Origin: Gemmatimonadota bacterium
Lineage (GTDB): Bacteria > Gemmatimonadota > Gemmatimonadetes > Gemmatimonadales > GWC2-71-9
Assembly: GCA_039586365.1 (NCBI GenBank)
Contig: JBDHKN010000028.1
Location: 1 to 64,000 of the forward strand
DNA: 64,000 nt
Reading direction: 5' to 3'
Under the pieces are notes generated by a model. It saw nothing but the letters and a program-made list of their open reading frames with translations. It was not told the origin of the DNA and ran no database searches. Both the position numbers and the translations under genes were made by a program. Shown here one piece after another: positions 8,331-18,590 of this stretch; the stretch's first letter is position 1, and the number at the start of each line of letters is the position of its first letter.

Positions 8331-9251
8331 CTAGGGGCGTTTTTCCTTGCCAACCAGATCGACCAAAGCCGGTGCTAGCGACTGAAAGCGGAAATCATAG
8401 CCGGCCTCGAGTGCGCGGCGCGGCACCACGCGCTGGAGATCGAACAGGGCAGTGGCGGCCTCACCCAAGGCTGTGCGCATGACGAATTCCGGCGCTCGCA
8501 ACAGCGCTGGTCGGCGTAGAGCTTTCCCCAGCAGTCGGGCGAACTCGTTCACGGTCACGGGATTCGGCGCTGTGAGGTTGACCGCGCCCGACAAACGCTG
8601 GTCCAGCGCAAACAAAATCAGGCCCACCTGATCCGCCAGATGAATCCAGGACCACCATTGGCCCCCGTTCCCCCAAGGACCACCCAAACCGGTCTTGAAC
8701 AGCGTCACCAGCGGTTGCAGCGCGCCGCCGTGCCGGCCGAGCACGATGCCCGTACGCAGCAGGACGACCGGCATGCTGTCCGCTAGCTCGAGAGCGGCGC
8801 TCTCCCACTCAGCCGCGAGATTTGCGAGAAAATCATTCCCGGGATCCGCTGACTCGTCCACTGTGTCATCTCCCCGGGCGCCGTAGTAGCCGATGGCGGA
8901 ACCGCTCAGCAGAACGGCCGGGCGCTCCCGGGCGCTCCTCACGGCCTGGACCACATTGCGGGTCACGGTCACTCTGCTCGCACGCAACACATTCTTGCGG
9001 GCTTGGGTCCAGCGCCGCGACAGCTCGAATATCCTCTCTCCGGCGAGATTGATGACTCCCTCCGCTCCTGAGACTGCCTCCTGCCATGCGCCTGGAGACA
9101 CTGGATCGGCCTTGATGACGCTCACCGAGCTGTGGAGCCAGCGGTCGCGGCCCGAGCGGGATATCACCGTGCACGTGTCCCCCCGGTCGACCAGCGCCCG
9201 CACCAGGTGGGTTCCAATGAATCCGGTTCCGCCCGTGACAAACACATGCAT
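8331..9251 (-). CDS. TIGR01777/YfcH-like NAD-dependent epimerase family protein
   Basis: VTGGTGFIG, VINLAGE, SAIGYYG, LRTGIVL, GGPWGNG.QWWSWIH, NLTAPNPV. Confidence 0.9.
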   Translation of the reverse strand: MHVFVTGGTGFIGTHLVRALVDRGDTCTVISRSGRDRWLHSSVSVIKADPVSPGAWQEAVSGAEGVINLAGERIFELSRRWTQARKNVLRASRVTVTRNVVQAVRSARERPAVLLSGSAIGYYGARGDDTVDESADPGNDFLANLAAEWESAALELADSMPVVLLRTGIVLGRHGGALQPLVTLFKTGLGGPWGNGGQWWSWIHLADQVGLILFALDQRLSGAVNLTAPNPVTVNEFARLLGKALRRPALLRAPEFVMRTALGEAATALFDLQRVVPRRALEAGYDFRFQSLAPALVDLVGKEKRP

Positions 9252-9256
9252 GTGGA

Positions 9257-11515
9257 CTAGCGACTCACGTTGGGCTCAGTGTGGTTGCCTGCCTCGCACC
9301 CGCCGAGTTGGATGCGGCCGTCAACGGCCACAACACCCGCCTCGAGTGCGAGCAGGGGGTTGATGTCCATCTCCGCTATGCGCGGATGTCTCACCGCCAG
9401 TTGAGAGACCCGCAAGACCACGTCGGCTATCGCGGTGAGATCCCGCGGTGCCTGGCCGCGGATGCCCTTGAGCAACTCGAACAGCTTCACCTCGTGGATC
9501 ATCTCCTCGGCATCCGTGTCGTGCAGCGGACAGAGGCGCAACACCACGTCGCGCAGTGCCTCCACGTAAATGCCGCCGAGACCGAACATCACCATTGGTC
9601 CCATCTTGGGCATTTGCGTGAGACCCACGATGGTCTCGGTTCCGCGCGGCGCCATGCGCTGAACTAGCACACCATCGATCGTGTCGATCGGCTCGGCACC
9701 GTCCGCGACTCCGCTCTGCTGCGACTCGGTGACGCTGGTGACCATTGCGATAACCGCCCGCTCGACCTCCTCCCGTGATTCCAATCCCAGCACGACTCCG
9801 CCCACATCTGTCTTATGGATCACCTGCGGGCTCACGATCTTCAGAGCTACCGGGAGGCCGAGTCGCCCCGCCGCGTCCCCGGCAGCCTTGGCCAGTTCCG
9901 CAATGGCGTCCATGCCCCACCCAGCTTGCTCGGTTCCGGCCTGCGGCTCAGCGGCGGCTGCGGTGTCGCCCGGACACAGCTTCACGCCCACGAAGTCCCA
10001 CGGCACGACCGGTATGCCGTAACTTTGCAGCACGCGCAGCACATCAGGCTCGCACAGCTTGAGCTGACCGGCTCCCAGCGTGGCTTCCAGGATCTCCTCC
10101 ACCGCGGCATCGTCGGTGGCGAACTCCACGACGCGGCCATCGAGGCGCTCGCAGCGTTGTCTGTAGCGCCACATTATGCCCAGCGCCCTGGCGGCGGATT
10201 CGGGGAACACGTACGGTGGCACGCGAGCCTCGTGCAGCTCCGCGACACCCGCCGGCAGACCCTGCCGGCCCATCAGCACGGCGAGCAGCGGTTTCTCCGG
10301 GTGACGCGCATTGACTCGCACCAGTGCTGCGGCGACGTCCTTGGTTTGGATGCCGAGTGGGGGAACGAATGCTGCGATGGCGGCGGAGATGTTGGGATCG
10401 TCGTAAACACAACTGAGCGCGAATTCGTAGCTCTCGGCGGTAGCACTGGCAATCAGGTCCACCGGATTCTTCACGCTCGCCTCTTCGGGAAGTCCGGCTC
10501 GCAACTTCTGCTCGGTCTCGGGAGCCAAGGGTGGGACTTCGAGTCCGTTGGCTTCACACGCATCGGCAATGATGATCCCCGGGCCACCCGCATTGGAGAC
10601 TATCGCCACTCTATTGCTGTCCGGCAGGGGCTGGTTGGAGAACGCCATGGCGACGTCGAACAACTCCCCGACCGTTTGGACCCTGATGGCTCCGGCCTGA
10701 GCAATGATCGCATCCACCGCGAGATCCGTTGCAGCCAAAGCACCCGTGTGTGAGGCGGCAGCCCGAGCACCTGCACCGCTCCGGCCCGATTTGACGACGC
10801 AAACCGGCTTCGTCTTGGTGATTGTCCGGGCGAGCCTCACGAACGTTGCGGGATTGCCGAAGCTCTCCAGATACATCAGGATGACCTTGGTGTCGGGATC
10901 GTCCCGCCAAAACTCGAGCAGATCGTTGCCCGAAACGTCGGCCTTGTTGCCGGCTGAGACGAAGGAGGATATCCCGATTCCCAGGCTCCCGGCGTAGTCC
11001 AGTACCGAGGCACCCATCGCGCCTGACTGGCTCATGAAAGCCACCGGTCCGGGCGGTGGTGTCGCCGGAGCGAAGGTCGCGTTCATGGCTACGTCACGAG
11101 CGTTGTTGATCACACCCATGCAGTTCGGCCCGACCATGCGGATGCCGTGGCGGCGCACCAACTCAGCCAATTCCCGCTCCCGTTCCACGCCGGTCCCTCC
11201 GACTTCTTTGAAGCCGGCCGAGATGACCACCAACCCTTTGATCCCCGCCGCCACGCACTCTGTCACAACGCCGATGACGAGTTCTTTGGGCACGACTATG
11301 ACTGCCAGGTCCACCGGTCCAGGTACGGCACCGATTGACGGGTAAGCCTGAATCGAGTGGATCGCTTCGGCCTTGGGGTTCACGGGATAAACGGGTCCCG
11401 TGAAGCCGTGCTCCAGCAGATTGTCGAGTATGTGCCAGCCGATCGTGTTGGGGTTTCTGGAAGCCCCGATGACTGCGATCGATTTGGGTCTGAGAATCGG
11501 ATCGAGCGAAGACAT
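9257..11515 (-). CDS. Acetate/acyl-CoA ligase (ADP-forming), fused alpha-beta
   Basis: PKSIAVIGAS, GPNCMG, SQSGA, GNKAD, phospho-His ASHTGALA, NAGGPG, NPVDL, ATP-grasp HKTDVGGV, MDINPL. Confidence 0.9.
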   Translation of the reverse strand: MSSLDPILRPKSIAVIGASRNPNTIGWHILDNLLEHGFTGPVYPVNPKAEAIHSIQAYPSIGAVPGPVDLAVIVVPKELVIGVVTECVAAGIKGLVVISAGFKEVGGTGVERERELAELVRRHGIRMVGPNCMGVINNARDVAMNATFAPATPPPGPVAFMSQSGAMGASVLDYAGSLGIGISSFVSAGNKADVSGNDLLEFWRDDPDTKVILMYLESFGNPATFVRLARTITKTKPVCVVKSGRSGAGARAAASHTGALAATDLAVDAIIAQAGAIRVQTVGELFDVAMAFSNQPLPDSNRVAIVSNAGGPGIIIADACEANGLEVPPLAPETEQKLRAGLPEEASVKNPVDLIASATAESYEFALSCVYDDPNISAAIAAFVPPLGIQTKDVAAALVRVNARHPEKPLLAVLMGRQGLPAGVAELHEARVPPYVFPESAARALGIMWRYRQRCERLDGRVVEFATDDAAVEEILEATLGAGQLKLCEPDVLRVLQSYGIPVVPWDFVGVKLCPGDTAAAAEPQAGTEQAGWGMDAIAELAKAAGDAAGRLGLPVALKIVSPQVIHKTDVGGVVLGLESREEVERAVIAMVTSVTESQQSGVADGAEPIDTIDGVLVQRMAPRGTETIVGLTQMPKMGPMVMFGLGGIYVEALRDVVLRLCPLHDTDAEEMIHEVKLFELLKGIRGQAPRDLTAIADVVLRVSQLAVRHPRIAEMDINPLLALEAGVVAVDGRIQLGGCEAGNHTEPNVSR

Positions 11516-11586
11516 AGCTGATAGAATAATCGTGGCCGTGAGAAAAGGCGAAGCAGGACTGGACAACCGCTGGATCCGGTAGTTGA

Positions 11587-12114
11587 ATGAAGTCTATGTA
11601 CCTCATCTTCCAGTTGCTGCAGAAACTGATCGCCACGCTGAATTCCGAGGGCACGCCGGGGCAGGTCGGGGCCGGTATGGCATTGGGAGCGGTGTTCGGT
11701 CTCACGCCATTGTTGAGCCTGCACAACCTGCTGATGGTGGTGTTGGTGCTGCTGTTCCGGGTGACCGTGCCCGCGGTGATGTTGGGGTGGTTTGTTGCGG
11801 TGCCGTTGGGATTCGCGCTGGATCCCCTATTCGACTCGCTAGGCCGGCGTCTGCTGGAGACGCTGGCACTCGCACCGCTGTGGCAGTCCCTCACCAACGC
11901 CCCCGTGATGGCCCTCGCCCGGCTCAACAACAGTGTGGTGCTGGGCAGCCTGGTGGTGTGGCTGCTGGCGGTGTTTCCCCTGTATTTGCTGGCGCGCTGG
12001 GGTGTGGCCCGCTATCGCGCAACGATCTACGCGCGGCTGCAACGCACCAGGGTCTTCAAAGCAGTGCAGGCCTCCAAGGTGTACAGTTTCTATCGCTTGT
12101 TCCGCCCGGAGTAG
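11587..12114 (+). CDS. TIGR03546-like membrane protein
   Basis: LNSE.TPGQ, GLTP, LNNSVVLGS; paired with the downstream gene. Confidence 0.8.
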   Translation: MKSMYLIFQLLQKLIATLNSEGTPGQVGAGMALGAVFGLTPLLSLHNLLMVVLVLLFRVTVPAVMLGWFVAVPLGFALDPLFDSLGRRLLETLALAPLWQSLTNAPVMALARLNNSVVLGSLVVWLLAVFPLYLLARWGVARYRATIYARLQRTRVFKAVQASKVYSFYRLFRPE

Positions 12115-12117
12115 CGG

Positions 12118-13941
12118 ATGAAGATATTTCGCTGGAGAGCTGTCGTCCCGCTGTCGCTGCTACTGGGCCTGCTACTGCTGGGCTGGTGGTTATATGCCGA
12201 TACCCTCGTAAGGCGCACGGTGGAGGAATTCGGTGCCGAGATAACCGGCGCGCGGGTCGACCTGGAATCGGCCGATTTGAGACTGGCGGAAGGGAAAGTG
12301 CGGCTGGTGGGGTTGCAGGCCGCCAATCCCGATTCGCCCATGCGGAACCTGTTCGAGGCCGACGAGATCGTGCTGGACATCCGCACGACGCCGCTACTGA
12401 GGAGCAATCTGCACATCGAGCAGGCGTCAGTGTTGGGTGTGCGGTTTGGCACCGAGCGCACCACATCGGGAGTGCTGGAGAACCCCAGCCCCACGTCGGG
12501 TCGGCTGGTCCGTGAGATATCCAATTGGGCTGACAACGTCAGGATCCCACCGCTCAGCCTGGAAGCGCTGAATACCGTCGTCAACGTCGCGGCGATTTCG
12601 GCCGACAGCCTGAGAACGATCGCACTGGCCAGGTCGGCCGTGATCTTCGCTGATTCGGCCCGTGGAGCCTGGGAGGCCGAGTTGGCCCAGCTGAATCCCG
12701 GCCCGCTAATCGACTCGGCGCGCCTGTTGGTCGCGAACCTGAGTGGCCTGAACCCGCTCAGACTGGGTCTGGGCGGTGCCACGCAGACTATCAACTCCGC
12801 GCGGACCACACTCTCCTCCCTCACCGCAACGAGAGATCGTCTCACGGGATTGGACAATAATGTGCGGTCGGGAGTGGCAGCGTTGGTGCAGAATGTCGGT
12901 GGCCTGGCGGACGCTCGGCGGGAAGACTACCTGTATGCGCGCAGTCTACTGCGGCTACCTGCGTTGGAATCACCCGACGTATCCCGCAGCATCTTCGGCG
13001 AAATGGCGGTCGCCCGGCTGAGGCCATTGCTCCGCTGGCTGGGAACGGCTGAGAGGTACTTGCCGGCAGGCCTGGATCCACGACGGCGCCCGGGGCCGAA
13101 ACGCAGCCGGCGCTCCGGTATCACCATGACGTTCCCCGATCCGGATGGCGATCCGTCCTTTGTGCTCGACTTGGCTGAATTGGGCTTGGAGATCGGCGGG
13201 ACCGGTGCCGCCGCGGGCGACTACGCGGCGCGCATAACCGGCCTCACCACGGAGCCGACGTTATATGGCAAACCGCTGGTAGCATCCGTTGCGCGTACAG
13301 GCTCCGCCAGAGGTCCTACGGACGTGTTGCTCAACGCGGTGCTGGACCACACCGGCCAGGACTTCGTGGACTCCGCGACGGTGCTGGTGCGAGGCATCGC
13401 GCTACCCAACCTGAGCTTGCGTGCGATCGGCGCCGAGCTCGCGCTGGGACGCGGCACCAGTCAGCTCTCCTTCCAGAGGGTGGGTGGGGAACTCTCGGGC
13501 CGATGGATGTGGCGATCCGCCGACGTCAATTGGTCGCGGCTGGCTGGTGCGGCTGGGGGGGGAGGTGAGGGACTGACACAAGATATCCGAGGGCTTGCCA
13601 CCGACTTTCTCTGGCGTACCGTTTCGTCCCTGCGGGAAGTAGAGATCGAGCTCAGATTCTCGGGGTCGGTGCGAGCGCCAGCGATAGAGATTGGGTCCAA
13701 TGTGGGTGGAGCGGTTGCCCGAGCCCTGCGGGAGCAGGTCGGGGCTGAGATCGAGCGAGCAGAGCAGGAGGTGAGGGCTCGAGTGAATCAGCTCGTGGAT
13801 CAACATGTGCAGGCAGCGCGAGCGAGAGCCGACGCACTCCAAGCGGATGTGGCCAGTAGGGTTGGGATTCGGCTCGACGAGATCACCAACGTGCGGGCCG
13901 AATTGGAAAGTGCCTTGCGGAGGCTAGTCCCGCGACCGTAG
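12118..13941 (+). CDS. TIGR03545-like protein (N-terminal membrane anchor)
   Basis: IFRWRAVV plus TM helix, GARVDL, ANPDSPMRNLFEA, FGTERTTSG; coiled-coil C-terminus. Confidence 0.8.
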   Translation: MKIFRWRAVVPLSLLLGLLLLGWWLYADTLVRRTVEEFGAEITGARVDLESADLRLAEGKVRLVGLQAANPDSPMRNLFEADEIVLDIRTTPLLRSNLHIEQASVLGVRFGTERTTSGVLENPSPTSGRLVREISNWADNVRIPPLSLEALNTVVNVAAISADSLRTIALARSAVIFADSARGAWEAELAQLNPGPLIDSARLLVANLSGLNPLRLGLGGATQTINSARTTLSSLTATRDRLTGLDNNVRSGVAALVQNVGGLADARREDYLYARSLLRLPALESPDVSRSIFGEMAVARLRPLLRWLGTAERYLPAGLDPRRRPGPKRSRRSGITMTFPDPDGDPSFVLDLAELGLEIGGTGAAAGDYAARITGLTTEPTLYGKPLVASVARTGSARGPTDVLLNAVLDHTGQDFVDSATVLVRGIALPNLSLRAIGAELALGRGTSQLSFQRVGGELSGRWMWRSADVNWSRLAGAAGGGGEGLTQDIRGLATDFLWRTVSSLREVEIELRFSGSVRAPAIEIGSNVGGAVARALREQVGAEIERAEQEVRARVNQLVDQHVQAARARADALQADVASRVGIRLDEITNVRAELESALRRLVPRP

Positions 13942-13959
13942 ACCGTAGCTGGCCACCGG

Positions 13960-14847
13960 TCACTGCTTGCTTGTCAGGAACGCCAACCGCGAAGCGATAT
14001 CCAGCGGCTGCAGGACTGCCAGGTCGCCAGAGATCTCGCCCAGCAGTTTGGGCAACGCGGTGCCGTCTACAGTCAGATACCGGTAGTTGATCTTCACCAG
14101 ACGTTCGTCTACCACCAGGCCATCGCAGGTTTCTCGCAGTATTTCGATGAGCTTCAGGATGTTGGCGCGGGCGGTGAGTTGTTTGAGTTCCCCGAGGCCA
14201 GAGAAGTTTGCTTCCTGCGCCACGACGCGCGCGGCCTGCCAGCCTGTAGCGGCGTAAACATAGAGGTCCAGAAAGAGCGTGGCGCTGGGAGGGGGTTCGA
14301 TATCACCGATCCGAGCCTCCATGGACTCGCGAGCCTCATGCCCGATTTTTTCGAGCTTGTCCATGGCGGCGTGCAGGGCCGCTCCGGCCAACCCGCCTCC
14401 GCCTGGAATCATTCCGGATGGAGACTTCTGGTCACCTATCTTGTGGGTCAGAATCGACTGCCGGTCTACTCGCGGGCGCCCCTCTTCAGCGAGACCCTCA
14501 CATAGCACGGCGACGACTTGGTTCGCGCCGGCTATCTCCACACAGCCCGATCGCGTCGTCACTGTCAGGCCGGCTTGGTCTGCGGCAAGTTCCGTCGCGC
14601 GCACGGCGATAGGTACCTTGCTGAGTACTGAACCCGGTACCAGAGCGATGCCCAGTCCCGCATTTACCAGAGCCCGCGCGCTTTGCTGAGCAACCGCCAG
14701 ATCAGCGTGTGCGAACCAGATCTCGGGGGCCGGAAAATTGTACCTCATACGTGCCTCGGTCGCCGCCATGTTCAGTGCGCTCGCGGCAGAGGCCGGGTCA
14801 GGGATTTTGTGTGGTGGGTTCGAAACTATCAGGTAGCGCTCAGGCAT
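13960..14847 (-). CDS. Hypothetical protein
   Basis: Long ORF with ordinary composition filling the space between neighbours; no motif recognised. Confidence 0.65.
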   Translation of the reverse strand: MPERYLIVSNPPHKIPDPASAASALNMAATEARMRYNFPAPEIWFAHADLAVAQQSARALVNAGLGIALVPGSVLSKVPIAVRATELAADQAGLTVTTRSGCVEIAGANQVVAVLCEGLAEEGRPRVDRQSILTHKIGDQKSPSGMIPGGGGLAGAALHAAMDKLEKIGHEARESMEARIGDIEPPPSATLFLDLYVYAATGWQAARVVAQEANFSGLGELKQLTARANILKLIEILRETCDGLVVDERLVKINYRYLTVDGTALPKLLGEISGDLAVLQPLDIASRLAFLTSKQ

Positions 14848-15057
14848 TAGCGACGATCTGCTGTGAGAGTCACGACAACGGTAAAGATAAAGGACCCGTG
14901 TGTCCACACGGCGGATCAGGCCGTGTGAGCGAAGCCGGTCAGCTGAGTCTCCTCGCACGCCAAGTTGAGCCAAGATATCTTTGGCATTCTCCGAGCGGCC
15001 CCGCTACCTATGACTCAGCGAGCCGGCACTCCGCATTTGTTCGCCTGGGAGGCGACC

Positions 15058-17643
15058 TTGACTAACACAGGTGATGTCGCTGTCAACGCAGCCAACGCAG
15101 GGGCAAAACGCGCAAAGCAGGTCCGCATCGCCCGGGTTGCCTGGGCGGTTGCGCTCTTCGGTGGGTGTATGTATGTGGGGGCTCGACGCATTGGTGTAGT
15201 CCCTGCGCTGGGTCCGCTGCTGGACCCGGCCAACGGCATCTGGGCTGTGGCCCGTTCGGCGGATCTACCTCGCGCTATGTCGGTGGTGATTCCAGGGCTG
15301 GAGCAAGAGGTCCGCGTAGTCTACGACCGTAGGGCGGTACCGCATATCTGGGCCTCCTCGGTCACAGACGCCGTGCGTACACTGGGCTATGTGGTGGCGC
15401 GGGACCGGCTGTTTCAGCTCGAAGTGCAAACGAGAGCAACGGCGGGGCGGTTTTCCGAGTGGGGGGGGAGAGCGGTGCTGCCTATGGATCGACAGCAGCG
15501 GTTCCTCGGACTGGTGCGGAGCGCAGAGCGTGACCTGGAGCGGCTCGATTCAGCGTCAACCGACATGAAGCTGCTGGCGGCATATGCTGACGGTGTGAAC
15601 GCTTGGATCGATGGCATGCGGGCACGGGATGTCCCATTCGAGTACCGCATTCTGGGAGTCCGCCCCATGCGCTGGGAACCGCTCTACACCCTGTATCTGC
15701 TCAAACGCATGGGCTACATGTTGAGCTACAGTACCCACGATCAGGTACGGCGCAGGGTCGAGTTGCTGGTAGGTAGAGCTGCCGGCGATGCCCTGTTCCC
15801 GATCAACAGTCCGATCCAGCAGCCGATACAACCGAGCGATCGCACTGAACCGAGATTCGATTTCGCGCCACTGCCGGAACCGCAACGCCAGGGATCCGCT
15901 CAGGAAATGGTGGTGGCTGGAGAGGGACGGTGGGGGACGGTGGAAGACGGTGGCGGTTCTCCTTCACCGTCCCTCACCGTCCCGCACCAGCTCTCATCGA
16001 CTGGTGGGGCGGGTGAGGTGGGGAGCAACAACTGGGCGGTAGCGCCATCCCGCAGCGCCACTGGCCACACCATGCTCGCAGGTGATCCTCACCTAGAGTT
16101 GACGCTTCCGGCCATCTGGTATGAAGTACACTTGGTCGTGCCGGGAGAGATGGACGTGTACGGGGTGACGATCCCCGGCGTCCCAGCAGTAATTATCGGC
16201 TTCAACCGAAACGTTGCATGGAGCTTCACGAATGCGGAAGCGGATGTGGTGGACTACTATCGTGAAGTGCTGGACAACGACGAGCAACCGACCGAATACC
16301 ATGTCGACGGCGAGTGGCTCCCGCTGGAGCAACGCATAGAGCAATACCACGGCAGAAAGGGTGAAGTACTCGTCGAGGACACGGTCTACTTCACGCATCG
16401 GGGTCCCCTGGTGCAAGGAGACCATGCGAGGCTCTCCATGCGATGGACTGTGCTCGAGGGAACCGGAGCTACCGCCGAGTTCTTCGATGTTGGTCGTGCG
16501 GCCTCGGTGACCGAATGGCTTGCGGCTACCGAGTCATACGTCGCCCCGGCACAAACCGGCGCGGTCGCGGACCGTGAGGGGAACATAGCAATTCGTTCCA
16601 CGGGTCACTTCCCGATTCGGGCCGGTGATGGCAAGGGAACCACCATCCGCGCCGGTGTAGTCAGTCAACACGACTGGCAGGGTTTCTGGGACGTCGGCAC
16701 CTACCCCTTCGCGATCAACCCTGAGCAGGGATTCCTGGCCTCGGCCAATCAGCAGCCAATCGATCCGACGGTGGATGCCAGGTACCTTGGGGTGAACTGG
16801 ATCGCGCCCTGGCGGGCCATGCAGATCAATGCGCTGTTGCGAGCGGATTCGTCGGTGACTGCGGAAGAGATGCGCCAGATGCAAACCCATCCTGGGAGTC
16901 CTCGGGCAGACCTGTTCGTCGCTGCGTTCCTGGCTGCAGCGGAGCGGGTGCTTGCCGCGGCTAATGACTCCGGGCTCGAGCGGGCTGGACGGTTGCTGGC
17001 GGAATGGGACAGGAACTACACGAAAGACAACGAGCGCGCCATCTTGTTCGAGTATGCCATGCAGGAATTGGTGACGCGCACCTGGGACGAACTGGAGACC
17101 CCGTCGGGAGAACGTGTCGCCACGCCGTCGCAGGCAACATTGCTGCAACTGCTGGAGTATCCGGAGAGTGTCTGGTGGGACATCGTGGCTACCGAGGATA
17201 TGGTGGAGACTCGTGACGTGATCCTCTCGGCGAGTCTCACCGCCGCCCTCGATCGGACCACCGGCGAGCTGGGGCAGCCGAATGAAGGTGGCTGGCGCTG
17301 GAGCCACGTGCGACGCGCCAACATCTACCACTTGCTGGGCTTCCCGTCCCTCTCGGCGCTCGATCTCCCCGTTCAAGGCGGTCCCAGCACACTCAACCCG
17401 TCGTCCGGAGCAGGCACTCACGGCGCCAGCTGGCGCATGGTTGTGGAGTTGGGTCCGCGCGTGCGTGCGTGGGCCACGTACCCCGGTGGGCAGTCCGGCA
17501 ATCCGGCAAGCTCGAGGTACGACGACCGCATCCAGCAGTGGACCGACGGTGAGTTCGACGAAGTCCTGTACCCGCATTCCGAGGCTGATCTGCCGACGTC
17601 TGATGTGTTGGCCGTGCTGACGCTGCAGCCAGGAAGGAACTGA
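15058..17643 (+). CDS. Penicillin acylase family Ntn-hydrolase
   Basis: VPHIWA, ARDRLFQ, nucleophile GSNNW at 16021, AGDPHL, IIGFN, SANQ, ASWRMVV, PGGQSGNP. TTG start after GGAGG. Confidence 0.93.
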   Translation: MTNTGDVAVNAANAGAKRAKQVRIARVAWAVALFGGCMYVGARRIGVVPALGPLLDPANGIWAVARSADLPRAMSVVIPGLEQEVRVVYDRRAVPHIWASSVTDAVRTLGYVVARDRLFQLEVQTRATAGRFSEWGGRAVLPMDRQQRFLGLVRSAERDLERLDSASTDMKLLAAYADGVNAWIDGMRARDVPFEYRILGVRPMRWEPLYTLYLLKRMGYMLSYSTHDQVRRRVELLVGRAAGDALFPINSPIQQPIQPSDRTEPRFDFAPLPEPQRQGSAQEMVVAGEGRWGTVEDGGGSPSPSLTVPHQLSSTGGAGEVGSNNWAVAPSRSATGHTMLAGDPHLELTLPAIWYEVHLVVPGEMDVYGVTIPGVPAVIIGFNRNVAWSFTNAEADVVDYYREVLDNDEQPTEYHVDGEWLPLEQRIEQYHGRKGEVLVEDTVYFTHRGPLVQGDHARLSMRWTVLEGTGATAEFFDVGRAASVTEWLAATESYVAPAQTGAVADREGNIAIRSTGHFPIRAGDGKGTTIRAGVVSQHDWQGFWDVGTYPFAINPEQGFLASANQQPIDPTVDARYLGVNWIAPWRAMQINALLRADSSVTAEEMRQMQTHPGSPRADLFVAAFLAAAERVLAAANDSGLERAGRLLAEWDRNYTKDNERAILFEYAMQELVTRTWDELETPSGERVATPSQATLLQLLEYPESVWWDIVATEDMVETRDVILSASLTAALDRTTGELGQPNEGGWRWSHVRRANIYHLLGFPSLSALDLPVQGGPSTLNPSSGAGTHGASWRMVVELGPRVRAWATYPGGQSGNPASSRYDDRIQQWTDGEFDEVLYPHSEADLPTSDVLAVLTLQPGRN

Positions 17644-17645
17644 AC

Positions 17646-18014
17646 ATGACGCGCCTGACTCTGTTGCAGATCGTGCTGCTATCTGTGGCCATCGCGCTGG
17701 CAACGACCGTGGTGGGATGGTGGGCGGTGCCGCTCATGGCAGTCATTTGGGCATTGGTGTCTAAGGCTGATGAGCGACCGGCCCTGGTGGCCTCGCTGGC
17801 CGCCGGATTGGGTTGGGTGCTGCTACTGATCTGGACCGCAGGAGAAGGACCTATCAAAGTGCTCGCCAGTCGGGCCGCCGGCGTGATGGGGGTTTCCGTT
17901 TTCACCTTGGTGTTTTTGACCGTGCTCTTCCCCATGGCACTGGCGTGGAGTGCGGCTCTGCTGGGAAAGTTCACCCGGAACGCAGTAGTCGACAAGCGGC
18001 GGAGGGCGAGATGA
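17646..18014 (+). CDS. Small integral membrane protein
   Basis: About four hydrophobic helices; tightly packed in the gene run. Confidence 0.7.
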   Translation: MTRLTLLQIVLLSVAIALATTVVGWWAVPLMAVIWALVSKADERPALVASLAAGLGWVLLLIWTAGEGPIKVLASRAAGVMGVSVFTLVFLTVLFPMALAWSAALLGKFTRNAVVDKRRRAR

Positions 18015-18526
18015 AACACCTTGACTCGTTCCTGGAGGAGACGCTCGAGGCATGGCGGGATGCCCGTCAGGGGATTATCGAGGAACTGCGGAACATCCCC
18101 GCAGGTAAGCTCGGTTTCCGACCGGCGGAGGGAACCAAGAGTGTGCGCGAGCTCGTGCAGCACATCCTGGAAGTATCGCTGATGATGACCGGGGAGCTCA
18201 CTCGACCCGATACCGATCTGCACCGCCTACCGTGGCCCAAGCTCCTGCGGCGTTACGCTGGCCCTGCCTATCGGGCGAAGACCAAGCAGCAGTTGCTGGC
18301 GCTGCTCCGCTCTCAGCTGCGAGACGCCGAAAGCAAGTTCCGGCAGGCTGGCGAATTGTCTCTGTGGCAGTACCTTGAGCGGTTCGATGGCAAACCCGGC
18401 ACCAAGCTGCAGTGGTTGCATCATGGCATCGCACAGGAGATGTACCACCGGGGCCAGCTAGCGCTGTACGCTAGGCTGCTGGGTTTGGAGCCGGCGCTGA
18501 CCAAGAAGATTCGCGGGGGGTCGTGA
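18011..18526 (+). CDS. DinB family protein
   Basis: FRP..GTKSVRELVQHI and EMYHRGQLALYARLLG motifs. Confidence 0.85.
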   Translation: MKHLDSFLEETLEAWRDARQGIIEELRNIPAGKLGFRPAEGTKSVRELVQHILEVSLMMTGELTRPDTDLHRLPWPKLLRRYAGPAYRAKTKQQLLALLRSQLRDAESKFRQAGELSLWQYLERFDGKPGTKLQWLHHGIAQEMYHRGQLALYARLLGLEPALTKKIRGGS

Positions 18527-18590
18527 GGGATAGTGAGGATGCCGAGAGGTTGAGACCGTGCGAGAATCCCTATTGTTCTGTTACAACTGA

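Noticed and set aside
9257..11515. Pat/PatZ-type protein acetyltransferase
   Set aside because: No GNAT domain is attached and the phospho-accepting His (ASHTG) is intact, so it fits an ADP-forming ligase.
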